Assembly (NCBI GenBank): GCA_965204745.1
Contig: OZ242010.1
Span: 4,160,001-4,224,000 of the forward strand
Direction: 5' to 3'
DNA from: Candidatus Latescibacterota bacterium
GTDB taxonomy: Bacteria; Latescibacterota; UBA2968
Length of the DNA stretch: 64,000 bases
Part shown: one piece after another, positions 27,823 through 37,528 of the stretch
Position numbering within the stretch: the stretch's first letter is position 1
Layout of the letters: each line of letters starts with the position of its first letter
The notes under the pieces: generated by a model
The model's input: the letters and a program-made list of their open reading frames with translations, nothing else
The model's database searches: none
Told to the model about the DNA's origin: nothing
Program-made: the position numbers and the translations under genes

Positions 27823-27914
27823 CTGTTCTCTCCGCAATACTCGCTTGACCGAATCCGCCAAGTGTCCGTCAACTCCAACGCCACAATCGACACCTTCGCC
27901 ACGTTATTCTCCTC

Positions 27915-28124
27915 TCACCGCTCCCATTCGATATGGTCGTTGATACCGTACTTCTCGTAGAGATTCAAAACATCCGTGCAAAAATCCATTATTTTTGCGT
28001 CTCCCTCTGCTTTCGCAACCTCGTATAAACGGATAAACATTCTCTTGGCGGTCTCTGTCTGGTCGAGAAATTCTTGGCTGAAATCACGCGAAGTACGCTC
28101 GGTTTGTTCATTTTTAATCCACAT
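27915..28124 (-). CDS. small hypothetical protein
   Basis: 69 aa with a strong AAGGAGG RBS, co-oriented within the RM operon. Confidence 0.65.
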   Translation of the reverse strand: MWIKNEQTERTSRDFSQEFLDQTETAKRMFIRLYEVAKAEGDAKIMDFCTDVLNLYEKYGINDHIEWER

Positions 28125-28176
28125 GGCTTGCTACCTCCTTTGTGTTTATCCAAGGGTGTTGGCGATTTTCATAGGA

Positions 28177-28866
28177 CTACTGGCTTTCGCCTATGAGTTG
28201 CTTGAAATCCTCAATGAAATGCTCAAACAGTTTGACTTTATCGCTTTCCTCAATGTCTGCCTCTGTTAGCACATAACTACCATCGAGGTCAACCTCTACA
28301 ATAGCTCTTCCCTTTTTTGCAGGAAATTTACTCGTCAAAGTTCCATCTTCATCAGGGGTGATAAAATAGACCTTGATGTGTTTCGTAAATTCATCTGCCA
28401 GAAGTTTGAGTTTCCAATATCCCGTTTGGGCAATTCGCTCTCGCAATGTAACTTTGATTGAGAGGAGAGCGATTATCCTCTGGTTTTTAGGATTGTAAAC
28501 GGCGATATCAACATCGGGTAGATGTAACCCAAATTCGTTGAAATCAACGGCCAAATTTCGCTTAACTCGCTTCAGGTCTTGCGGCAGGTTTTTCCGTCTC
28601 TCCAAGTGATTGCCATTAATCACCTTCATGCCGAGGGCTTCAATGGAATCTGTGATAATATGTTGGATCAATTTTTCAAAATTCTTTCCCTTAAAAGCAC
28701 GCCAACTCTGTTCATGATCACCATAGGGTTTATCTTCCAAAAAATCCTGCTTATGACGCTCTTTGGCATCCCGTAAAAGTTGGGAAACCGATTTGTAGGC
28801 TTTCGCCCCCTCCATCACCAGCGTCTGCCTGTACATATCTCTTAAATCCGAAAAATCCATGGTCAT
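28177..28866 (-). CDS. BsaWI-family type II restriction endonuclease
   Basis: QSWRAFKGKNFEKL, LPDVDI...SIKVTLRERIAQTGYWK (PD..SxK with CCGG-family RER). Confidence 0.82.
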   Translation of the reverse strand: MTMDFSDLRDMYRQTLVMEGAKAYKSVSQLLRDAKERHKQDFLEDKPYGDHEQSWRAFKGKNFEKLIQHIITDSIEALGMKVINGNHLERRKNLPQDLKRVKRNLAVDFNEFGLHLPDVDIAVYNPKNQRIIALLSIKVTLRERIAQTGYWKLKLLADEFTKHIKVYFITPDEDGTLTSKFPAKKGRAIVEVDLDGSYVLTEADIEESDKVKLFEHFIEDFKQLIGESQ

Positions 28867-30207
28867 CTACTCCTTTAAGCCGATAACGATATACTCCGTT
28901 GGATACGCTTCTGAATTTGCCTTATCGTTGCTCGCAAATCTACCCGTTTTTTTATCGCGTTTCTGTGGGAGTATCTTGAGAGGAATTTCCCGTTTTATGA
29001 GCCGATCCAGTTTGAAGCCCGAGTGTTGCAGGGACTCGGCAAATGCTTCGGCATTGCGTATATCAACGCCCTTTAGCTTCGTATTCCCGATGACATAGCA
29101 ACACCTACCTCCCGGTTTCAAGATTCTAAAACTCTCATCGAAGACCTCCTGCATATCTATAAAAAAGGCTTCAATTTCTTTTGCCTTTTTTTTGTTTTTA
29201 GACACCATTTCGTCGACAATGTCAGAGGCAATCTGACTGGATAGCGACTTGGATTCGTACTGTTTATAGGATGTCCCAATGAACTGTTTTCTGTACTCTT
29301 TTAGATCATCAGCTAAATCTAGCCAGAGTGTTGAAAGTTGATGGAGGTCTGCATATTCGTAACTCGTCACATAAGGGCTTGAACTGACAATTAAATCGAC
29401 GCTGTCAGCGGGAACTGCTTGGGCCTTGGCTGAACTTATTTGGACGTTTAGGTAATGCTCCAGATTCTCTTTTATAGGAGATGGAACGACTTCGTAGAAA
29501 TAGGCATTTCCTTTTAGCATTTTTGACAGATGCCTTTTAATCGCATCAGCGGGAGGCGTGGGCCGCTTCTTCATATCCCTTGTCGGTTTCGTACTGCTCT
29601 GGCTCCAAATTGAACATGTTTTGAGAACGTGACTCAACGCGACTAAAAAGAAAGACCGAATGGCTCGGTCAGGTTCATCGAAAATTAAGACGAGAATTTT
29701 CCCTATTTTATTCCGCGCTTCTTCCGTGAACCAGTAGTCAATTCGTTCTAAGTGTTTTTCTGGAATTTGAGGTTGTATTTCATTTTGAAAAAAAAGGCAA
29801 CCTTGATCGTCATCGCGGAACTCACAAATTTTTGACAGAAACAGTTTCGCTTTTTTTTCTAAATAGTCGGGCTTGATAGGCGTTGCTTTCGCTTTGGTTA
29901 CCAAATGGGCGACTTTATTTATATCTGTGCCACTAGCGTGGAGACCTCTTGATATCGCGCTGACAATCGTCGTTCCAGACCCCATGAATGGGTCGTTTAT
30001 GCTCGCCGACCCATTGGTGATATAGCAATCCATCAGTTGCTCTACCAACTGCGGAATAAACTTGGCGGGATACCGGTGGTAGCCATGCGTCCATTTCCCG
30101 GTGTCTGATGGCTTGCATCCGTTGAACGACCAAGCCTTATCAACGGGGGTCTGGTTAAACCATTCGAGAATCTCATTGGGAGACATAAATGAACCTCCAT
30201 TGCTCAA
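28867..30207 (-). CDS. alpha-class N4-cytosine DNA methyltransferase
   Basis: THGYHRYPAKFIPQ, N-terminal DPFMGSGTT, C-terminal motif IV reading SSPY-VTSYEYADLH. Confidence 0.88.
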   Translation of the reverse strand: MSNGGSFMSPNEILEWFNQTPVDKAWSFNGCKPSDTGKWTHGYHRYPAKFIPQLVEQLMDCYITNGSASINDPFMGSGTTIVSAISRGLHASGTDINKVAHLVTKAKATPIKPDYLEKKAKLFLSKICEFRDDDQGCLFFQNEIQPQIPEKHLERIDYWFTEEARNKIGKILVLIFDEPDRAIRSFFLVALSHVLKTCSIWSQSSTKPTRDMKKRPTPPADAIKRHLSKMLKGNAYFYEVVPSPIKENLEHYLNVQISSAKAQAVPADSVDLIVSSSPYVTSYEYADLHQLSTLWLDLADDLKEYRKQFIGTSYKQYESKSLSSQIASDIVDEMVSKNKKKAKEIEAFFIDMQEVFDESFRILKPGGRCCYVIGNTKLKGVDIRNAEAFAESLQHSGFKLDRLIKREIPLKILPQKRDKKTGRFASNDKANSEAYPTEYIVIGLKE

Positions 30208-30227
30208 AGCGGTTTATGTGCTACAAA

Positions 30228-30890
30228 CTATTGCAGGTCCTCTGTAATCCGTTCAAGTCTTCGGAGATTGTGTTGCTCAACAAAATTTTCGCGCAGAATA
30301 TATGCGACATCCAATTCGTGCAACACAATGGCTTTGCTCTTGTCGATTTTCTCATTTTCTAAGGTCTTGTCTTTATCAGGCGTGAGAAAGAACATTTTGA
30401 TGTGTCGCGTAACAGGGCAGGAACGCAACCTTAACTTCCAATATGCGGTTTGGGCAATGCGCTCGCGTAGCGATATCTTACAGGAAATAATGGCTTTTAC
30501 GGAGGCATCAGAAGGATCGTACACGACGATATCAGCATCCGGCATGTGGCACCCATAAATGCCTAAATCAACTAAAATATTGCGCTTAACTTTACAAAGT
30601 ATTGTGTCATTTTGTTGTTTTTCAAGAATTGAGCCTCGAATCAACTCGAGCGGGATCCCTGCATCGTCGATCAGTCTCGAGAGAATGTGGATCATGAGCT
30701 TCTCGAAATTCTGACCATTCCACGAACGCCACGATTGACCCATGTCACCTTTGAAATCATCTTTCTCCTTTTCCCGCACGTACAATTTTTCGACTTTCTC
30801 CAAAAAGGTGGGCAGATTTTCGTAGGCTTTTGGATTGCGTTTGACCTCTTCGTCGTAGAGATCCTGAAGGTCTTCAAATTTAAATGGCAT
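30228..30890 (-). CDS. second BsaWI-family restriction endonuclease
   Basis: QSWRSWNGQNFEKL, MPDADI...SCKISLRERIAQTAYWK. Confidence 0.8.
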   Translation of the reverse strand: MPFKFEDLQDLYDEEVKRNPKAYENLPTFLEKVEKLYVREKEKDDFKGDMGQSWRSWNGQNFEKLMIHILSRLIDDAGIPLELIRGSILEKQQNDTILCKVKRNILVDLGIYGCHMPDADIVVYDPSDASVKAIISCKISLRERIAQTAYWKLRLRSCPVTRHIKMFFLTPDKDKTLENEKIDKSKAIVLHELDVAYILRENFVEQHNLRRLERITEDLQ

Positions 30891-30906
30891 TTAGGTAACT
30901 CCTTTG

Positions 30907-31170
30907 TCATTTCGTCAAGGATGGCGAAGTATCCCCGCGCTTGTCATTGGATTCTTCTGCGCGGAGTTTTTTTAGAAGATCAATCCAAACTGCAGCCTTG
31001 ATCACTGTTTCCAGTACATGATCTACGATGATCCATTTTTGTATAACCTCGCTCCAATACGCTCTTACATTGGGAGTGGTAGCCTCTTGAATCTGTATGC
31101 GTACCCAATCTATATCTGTTGCCAGTGATCTCCGGTACTCCTTAAGGTCAATTATTACTTTTTTATTCAT
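30907..31170 (-). CDS. small hypothetical protein (first gene of RM operon)
   Basis: 87 aa with AAGGAGG RBS; TTGACT/TATTGT promoter-like elements upstream. Confidence 0.6.
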   Translation of the reverse strand: MNKKVIIDLKEYRRSLATDIDWVRIQIQEATTPNVRAYWSEVIQKWIIVDHVLETVIKAAVWIDLLKKLRAEESNDKRGDTSPSLTK

Positions 31171-31411
31171 CTACGCCTCCTTTTGAACTGTTGCCACAAT
31201 ATCACTACAAGAGATATCAAAGTCAATTATTGTTTTGCGATTCATCAACGCCTTGACGAGACGGCTATCCTCGCCATATCCCAGGGTATCATTGAGAATA
31301 TTCTCATTTCCTACGGGAGAGTACATATCATCCTCCTAAAATGTCGCGCTTAACGTTGCAAAGCACAGCGCGGGATTTCGGTATTGCAGCCATCCGCCGA
31401 TCCTCTCTCAT

Positions 31412-32425
31412 TCACATCTCTGCGAGTTTGGCGATCAGATCCACGCATCGGTTGGAGTATCCCCACTCATTGTCGTACCACCCGCACACTTTCACCATGT
31501 TGCCGGCCATGACGGTTGTGATCATCGAATCGAAAATGCACGAATGGGCATTGCCCACGATATCGGCGGACACGATGGGGTCCGCGGTGTATTCCAAAAT
31601 GCCTTTCAACCGCCCCTGTGCGGCCTGCTCGAAAGCGCGGTTGACCTCGGTTGCGGTGACCTCTTTTTGCAACACCGCGACAAAATCGGTAAATGACCCA
31701 TCCGGCGTGGGCACGCGCACGGCCATGCCGTCGAGTTTGCCATTGAGTTCGGGAATCACCAGGCCCACGGCACTCGCCGCGCCCGTTGTGGTCGGAATCA
31801 TCGACAGGGCCGCAGACCGCGCCCGCCGCATGTCCGAATGGGGCGCGTCAATGAGGCGTTGATCGCCCGTATAAGCGTGAATGGTGGTCATCAAGCCGTG
31901 GTCAATGCCAAACGACGCGTGCAACACACTCACCATCGGCGCCAAACAATTGGTCGTACACGAGGCATTGGAAATCACCGTGTCGCCTTTTTGCAACACA
32001 TCGTCGTTAATGCCCATCACCACCGTGGGCAAATCCCCTTTGGCGGGCGCGGAAATGATCGCCTTTTCGGCGCCATTTTCCCCCAGATGGGCCTGCGCGG
32101 CCTCCTTGTCCGTGAAAAAGCCCGTGGATTCGACCACCACCTCCACGCCCAAGGCGCGCCAGGGCAACTGGCCGGGATCGCGTTCAGACAACACCGCCAC
32201 GGCTTTGCCATCCACCACGAGCGCGTCGTGCCCTTCGCCCGTGCGATGCGCCACTTGCCCGGGATACCGCCCGTGCGTGGAATCGTATTTGAGCAAATGC
32301 GCCAAACTCGCGGCATCGGTCAAGTCATTGACCGCCACCACATCTACGCCCCGGGCCATTGCCGCGCGAAACACCAACCGCCCAATCCGTCCAAATCCGT
32401 TGATCCCCACTTTCAGTTCCGCCAT
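31412..32425 (-). CDS. gap: glyceraldehyde-3-phosphate dehydrogenase type I
   Basis: [27 protein letters not shown]. Confidence 0.98.
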   Translation of the reverse strand: MAELKVGINGFGRIGRLVFRAAMARGVDVVAVNDLTDAASLAHLLKYDSTHGRYPGQVAHRTGEGHDALVVDGKAVAVLSERDPGQLPWRALGVEVVVESTGFFTDKEAAQAHLGENGAEKAIISAPAKGDLPTVVMGINDDVLQKGDTVISNASCTTNCLAPMVSVLHASFGIDHGLMTTIHAYTGDQRLIDAPHSDMRRARSAALSMIPTTTGAASAVGLVIPELNGKLDGMAVRVPTPDGSFTDFVAVLQKEVTATEVNRAFEQAAQGRLKGILEYTADPIVSADIVGNAHSCIFDSMITTVMAGNMVKVCGWYDNEWGYSNRCVDLIAKLAEM

Positions 32426-32440
32426 AATTTCCTCCAGATC

Positions 32441-33481
32441 TCATCCAAAAAACACTTTGGCGATGTCGTAAAGCCCCATATCCACGGTACGCAATTTCGA
32501 CACGGCCTCTTTCAAATCAATCGCGATGATGTTTTGACCGCGCAATGCGACCATCTTGCCAAAATTGCCCTCGCCTATCAGGTCGATGGCCGCAATCCCA
32601 AATCGCGTGCTCAATACGCGATCATAAGCCGAGGGGCTGCCCCCGCGCTGGATATGGCCCAACACGGTTGCGCGGCTTTCATAGCTGGTTCGCCGCTCGA
32701 TTTCATCGCTCAACAAATTGCCAATGCCGCCTAGACGCACATGCCCAAAAGCGTCTTTTTCGCCGGACTGCAACACCATGCTGTCGTCTTCGAGCTTCGC
32801 GCCTTCGGCCACCACCACGATGCTAAATGTCTTGCCGCGCGCGTGGCGTTTGCGGATGGTATCGCACACGTCGTCCAGATCAAACGGCACTTCCGGGATC
32901 AAGATCACGTCCGCGCCCCCTGCGATACCCGATTCCACGGCGATCCACCCGGCGTGGCGCCCCATAACTTCTACGACCATCACGCGGTTGTGCGATTCCG
33001 CGGTGGTGTGCAGGCGGTCTATGGCTTCCATCACGATATTGATGGCCGTGTCAAACCCAAAGGTCTGATCCGTGCCATCCAAATCATTGTCAATCGTCTT
33101 GGGCACGCCGACCACCTTGATGCCCTCTGCGCTGAGGCGATAGGCCACGCCGAGCGTATCGTCGCCCCCAATCGCGATCAGCGCGTCCAAGCCCATTTTC
33201 CTCATGCCATCTCGAATGAGCGCGCCGCCGTCTGCCCCGTCTTGATACGGATTGGTTCGCGACGATCCCAAAATCGTGCCCCCGCGCGGTAAAATCCCCG
33301 AGACAGTGTCCAAAGTGAGCGGCTGCGACCTCCCTTCGAACATCCCCTTCCAGCCTTCCAACACCCCGATCATTTCGTAATCGTAAGTTGCAATGCCCTT
33401 GCGAACGATGGCGCGGATCACCGCGTTCAACCCCGGGCAATCGCCGCCGCCGGTCAGGATACCAACGCATTTTATACCCAT
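32441..33481 (-). CDS. pfkA: 6-phosphofructokinase (PfkA family, GGDD/PKTIDND signature)
   Basis: TGGGDCPGLNA, GGDDT, PKTIDND, MGRHAG, LGHIQRGG; ATG 33481 with GGAG RBS. Confidence 0.95.
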   Translation of the reverse strand: MGIKCVGILTGGGDCPGLNAVIRAIVRKGIATYDYEMIGVLEGWKGMFEGRSQPLTLDTVSGILPRGGTILGSSRTNPYQDGADGGALIRDGMRKMGLDALIAIGGDDTLGVAYRLSAEGIKVVGVPKTIDNDLDGTDQTFGFDTAINIVMEAIDRLHTTAESHNRVMVVEVMGRHAGWIAVESGIAGGADVILIPEVPFDLDDVCDTIRKRHARGKTFSIVVVAEGAKLEDDSMVLQSGEKDAFGHVRLGGIGNLLSDEIERRTSYESRATVLGHIQRGGSPSAYDRVLSTRFGIAAIDLIGEGNFGKMVALRGQNIIAIDLKEAVSKLRTVDMGLYDIAKVFFG

Positions 33482-33539
33482 GAAATCTCCTTTGCAAAAT
33501 CTCAAAATAAACGCTCTCGTGCGATTTTCAAAGGCTTCA

Positions 33540-33568
33540 AGTGTATAAAATTGTGGCATCCATGTCAA
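33540..33568 (-). promoter_or_regulatory. sigma-70 promoter of pfkA-gap
   Basis: TTGACA-17 bp-TACACT. Confidence 0.65.
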
Positions 33569-33919
33569 GCCTGCCGTGAGGGAATCGGTGAATCGAGATA
33601 CGACTGCGATAGCAGTTCATCGACGAATCAGCGAATCGGCAGAACCGGGGCCAACTGACCGTTTTTCAAGCCAAGTCACCACAGGCATCGCCCTACATTT
33701 CTATCCTCGTCTCTTACCGCTTACCTCTCGCGTCTGCCCTCTTGTTGGGCGGTCGGACGAACGGGTGGGGACTGACCTCTGCTTCCATCTTCGGGCACGC
33801 ACACGGCGGGGCTGGGGAGCGGCGGGGATCGCACGGGTGGCTGGGCGGAGCGGATGGGCACGCACCCGGCAGGGCGCGGTGGCGGGGTTGTCTCCCCTCT
33901 CCCCTCTTGTATCTTGGAA

Positions 33920-34150
33920 GTAAGGGTTAATTAGGAGTTGCGCCCTCGTATCGAGATAAGCCATCTTGATGCCCGGCTCGGGGAAGGCCGGCCCCTCTTG
34001 AAGGCGATGACCTTGTAGGTAAGATAGGCCCCCCGACCGCCGGGTCTATGCCGAAGAGTATCTAAGCCCCTTGAGGCTGCATATACAAGACCGGTAGACT
34101 TGGCGTCAATGGTCGGGACGCGACCCCGAGCGCGCACCAGATCCCTTACA
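33920..34150 (+). ncRNA. IS110 bridge RNA
   Basis: Two internal loops whose guides match the target (CCCCTCT 33992-98; AGGTAAG 34017-23) and the donor (AGAGTATCT 34055-63; ATACAAG 34083-89); ends approximate. Confidence 0.85.
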
Positions 34151-34174
34151 ACCCCCTCATCACAGGAGGCCCCC

Positions 34175-35182
34175 ATGTCGAAATCTCACCCCGCTTTTGC
34201 CGGCATTGATGTCAGTGCCCGCACGTTGTCCGTTGCCCTGTCCAGACCCGGACAAGCTGTCATGCAAGCGACCTTTGCCAATGATCCCCAAGCGCATAAG
34301 CGGTTGCTGAAGTGGCTCACGAAGGGCGGGCACATGGTCTCTGTGTGCCTCGAAGCGACCGGGCTTTACAGTTTGGGGGTGGCCTTGGCCTTGCATCGGC
34401 ATCGCCACACAAAGGTCATGGTCGTCAATCCCAAAGCGATGAGCAAGTACGCCCAAGCCTGCATGCAACGGGCGAAGACGGATGCGAAGGATGCGTTGTT
34501 GATCCTCGACTATGCCGAGCGCATGCCTTTTGTGCCTTGGCAAGCGCCGAGCGAGCAACGGCTTCAACTGCAAGCCCTCACCAGACGCATTGACCAACTC
34601 AAGCAGGAGATCATCCGCGAACAGAGCCGCAACCACGCGCAGAGCTACCACATCCGCAGCACACGTCTCATCGCACGCGATATTCAGGTGAATATTCGAC
34701 ACTTCAAACGCCGGATTGCATACTTGGAAAGCCAAGCCCTCGATCTCGTTTTGCACGATGAGCCCCTCAAGCGTGCCTACCAACGCCTCTGCTCGACGCC
34801 TGGCATCGCGCAAACGAGTGCCTTGCGGCTCTTGGCCGAGTTGACCCTTTTGCCAGAGGAGATGCAACCGCCCCAGTGGGTCGCACATGCAGGCCTGGAT
34901 CCCAAACCCAAACAATCCGGAACCGCCAATCCACAAAGACGCATCTCGAAAACCGGGAATAAGTACCTCCGCCATGCCCTCTATATGCCTGCCTGGGTGG
35001 CCATCAGACACGAAGGCCATGTCAAAGCCTTCTATGACCAACTCATCGCCCGCGGCAAGAAACCTTTGCAGGCTATCGTTGCGGTGATGCGAAAGTTGCT
35101 CCATTCGATCTGGGGCATGTTGCGCCATGACCAAGATTTTGAGGGCGAAAAATTCTATCGAATCACCCCGAAAACCCCTTGA
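34175..35182 (+). CDS. IS110 DEDD recombinase/transposase
   Basis: GIDVS, CLEATG, KTDAKDA, AGLDP..QSGT (catalytic Ser), ISKTGNKYLRHALY; AGGAGG RBS. Confidence 0.96.
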   Translation: MSKSHPAFAGIDVSARTLSVALSRPGQAVMQATFANDPQAHKRLLKWLTKGGHMVSVCLEATGLYSLGVALALHRHRHTKVMVVNPKAMSKYAQACMQRAKTDAKDALLILDYAERMPFVPWQAPSEQRLQLQALTRRIDQLKQEIIREQSRNHAQSYHIRSTRLIARDIQVNIRHFKRRIAYLESQALDLVLHDEPLKRAYQRLCSTPGIAQTSALRLLAELTLLPEEMQPPQWVAHAGLDPKPKQSGTANPQRRISKTGNKYLRHALYMPAWVAIRHEGHVKAFYDQLIARGKKPLQAIVAVMRKLLHSIWGMLRHDQDFEGEKFYRITPKTP

Positions 35183-35242
35183 CCTTTTAAGAGAGTATCT
35201 TACCTCTTACCGAAAGGCGGGGCGGAGAGGCGAGGAACTGAA

Positions 35243-37528
35243 TCATATTCCAAATCCCCCCCTGCGGTGCTCGATTTTTATCTGCGGAATGTCTTTGATA
35301 TTGAGCTTAAAAAAGAAGCCCTTGTTGAAGCCCGTGGGGTACCACGAAAATCGGGCTTCCCAGCAGTGGAGGTCGCGGTACAGGGAGAGGCTTTGCGCCG
35401 AGAGGTTGGCATCGGGCAAAATCTCCACATTGACCGCATAGTCTATCCGCAACATTTGAAGGGGATTGACGCCCAAATCCGCTTTGACCCACGAGGTTTT
35501 GCTCGATGTTGTGCCGAATCGCCGCATGGCAATGTAGTGCGAGAGGTTGAATCGCCACGGCCCGGTGCCGGAAAAATCGCTGTACAAATCGCGTTCAAAG
35601 CCAAAATCCGCATCCGAGTAATCGCGGGAGGTCGAAGAATGAGACGGTTGCGTGCGCGGATCAGCGTGACCGCCGGCAAAGCGAAAATTGGAGGTGACGG
35701 TGAGGTTTTGCAAGCGCGGGTGCAAGAGGGACCTGGCGCCCGCATCGTCGTAGAGCCTGTGCGTCATGGCAATGCGAACATCCACGCGGGAGTCCGGTTT
35801 GAGGGATGCGCGGGTGCGGAGGGAACGCCATTTTTGCGCGGGCGCGTCAAAATCGTAGCCGGTAGCTATGTTGAGCGTGGCCAGGGTAAAGCGATGAAAG
35901 TCGTCGCCGCGTTGGGTTTTGAGTTCGAGCGTATTGCCGATAGACAAGTTGACGCTGCGCCTGGCGTCATGCCACTTGCGATTGCCCCCAAAGCCAAACG
36001 CGCCGCCAAAGATGCTACCGGTCTGGCTGTAATTGAAATTGATCTGGGGGTGTAACCGATGCCGAATGCCGCGCAAGCGTCCGAGGCGCGGTTGGAAAAT
36101 GCCGTACAATGTCGTACCCGTTGCGATAGCCGCGCTGTAAGACGTGCGCCGCGTGGTCGAATCCGCGTCGCTGCGTATCAATTCCTCGCTGAGATTCAAA
36201 CTCGGCGTGAGGTCGAGCCAGCCCATGGGCCGGTGCTGGCTGTTGACCGTGAGGAGGTTTTGCAGGGAAACGCGCGCGGTATTGGACGTCGGATCTGGGT
36301 TGCGCGTGAAGTTGTTGCCCAGGTTGCTCGAAAATCCGTAGTAAAAAGCGCGATACCACGGGCCTGTGGCAGAGTCCTCGCCGCCAAAGATGCGGCGTCT
36401 GGGTTGTCGAAAACCGATGCGGGGAAAGCCCTGAAAGCTGTTGGTCTTTTTGTTCAAATCTCGGTAGTAAGTCAGGCTACCGTCGATGCTGCGCCCGGAT
36501 TCGGGCCAGCGTTTGTCAAACGACAAACTGGAGCGCAGTTGCTGGTTGAGATAGCGATACAAATTGTCGCTGTTGCGGCGGTCAAAGCTGGTGCTGGTGG
36601 AAAATTGCCCGCGCCCTCGGATGTTGGTCGTGGCATTGAGGCGGTGCTGGTGTTGCAGGTTGACGCGCCAGTCGTGGGCCGTGCCGGTCGTTGAGGTGTT
36701 GCGGTCGTAGCCGAGATCCACCGCGCCGCTGAACCTGTTTCGCACTGCGTACGCGCCCCGGGATTCGAGCAAGAAGCCTCCGCGCTCTCGAAACGTGCCC
36801 TTCACAGTGGCATCCCAATAGTCACTCGACGCGAAATAGTACCCGAGATTGCGGACGAAAATCCCATCCCGGCTGTTGTTGCCCACCCCCGGCGTGAGCA
36901 AGCCGGATTGCCGCCCTTGCTTGACCGGAAAAACGAAAAAGGGCACCCAGAAGACCGGGACAGGCCCAATGCGGAAGGTGACGGAGCGACCGATGGCTTT
37001 GTCATTTTGCAAAATGCGTACATTCTTGCACGAGAAGTCGTAGTGGACGTGATCGCGGTCGCAGGTGCTCAATGAGAGGTCATACGCATTGAGGGCGTCT
37101 TGGCCTTCGAGCGCGATTTGGGCGCCGCGGTAGTATTTTCGCTGGTGGGATGCGCGCCCGGTTCGCACGCGCCCGCGTTCCGTGTCGAGGTTGTAGCGCA
37201 TGTACGCGCCTGAGATGCGTTCCGCGCCGCGAGTGAATTGGGGCAGGCCCAGGGTTTTTGCCCCTGTGGAATCGGGCAGGGCGCGCGCCGTGACCGTGCG
37301 GGTATTTTGATCGTAGGTGATGTGCCCGGCTTTGAGCGCGATATTGCGGTAGCGCAAGGTGGCATTGCCCACGAGTTCCACCTGCTCGTCCCGCACGCGA
37401 TAGACGACCTCATCCGCGTCAAACGCGATGGAATCCCCCGGCGCGTTTTCCGGCACTTGCCCCCATCCCTGCGTGGCGCATAAGACCCATAGCGCGACGA
37501 GGCATAATTTTTTTTTTCCCATCGTCAT
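35243..37528 (-). CDS. lptD: LPS-assembly protein LptD-like
   Basis: Signal peptide, OstA-like N-terminus, STCD..H, RQSGLLTP..G, C-terminal RDLHCWE. Confidence 0.85.
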   Translation of the reverse strand: MTMGKKKLCLVALWVLCATQGWGQVPENAPGDSIAFDADEVVYRVRDEQVELVGNATLRYRNIALKAGHITYDQNTRTVTARALPDSTGAKTLGLPQFTRGAERISGAYMRYNLDTERGRVRTGRASHQRKYYRGAQIALEGQDALNAYDLSLSTCDRDHVHYDFSCKNVRILQNDKAIGRSVTFRIGPVPVFWVPFFVFPVKQGRQSGLLTPGVGNNSRDGIFVRNLGYYFASSDYWDATVKGTFRERGGFLLESRGAYAVRNRFSGAVDLGYDRNTSTTGTAHDWRVNLQHQHRLNATTNIRGRGQFSTSTSFDRRNSDNLYRYLNQQLRSSLSFDKRWPESGRSIDGSLTYYRDLNKKTNSFQGFPRIGFRQPRRRIFGGEDSATGPWYRAFYYGFSSNLGNNFTRNPDPTSNTARVSLQNLLTVNSQHRPMGWLDLTPSLNLSEELIRSDADSTTRRTSYSAAIATGTTLYGIFQPRLGRLRGIRHRLHPQINFNYSQTGSIFGGAFGFGGNRKWHDARRSVNLSIGNTLELKTQRGDDFHRFTLATLNIATGYDFDAPAQKWRSLRTRASLKPDSRVDVRIAMTHRLYDDAGARSLLHPRLQNLTVTSNFRFAGGHADPRTQPSHSSTSRDYSDADFGFERDLYSDFSGTGPWRFNLSHYIAMRRFGTTSSKTSWVKADLGVNPLQMLRIDYAVNVEILPDANLSAQSLSLYRDLHCWEARFSWYPTGFNKGFFFKLNIKDIPQIKIEHRRGGFGI

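Larger units (their letters stand above)
33906..35200 (+). mobile_element. IS110 family element (IS110/IS621 group)
   Basis: CT cores at 33906-07 and 35199-200, no TIR, long non-coding left end, DEDD recombinase. Confidence 0.93.
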
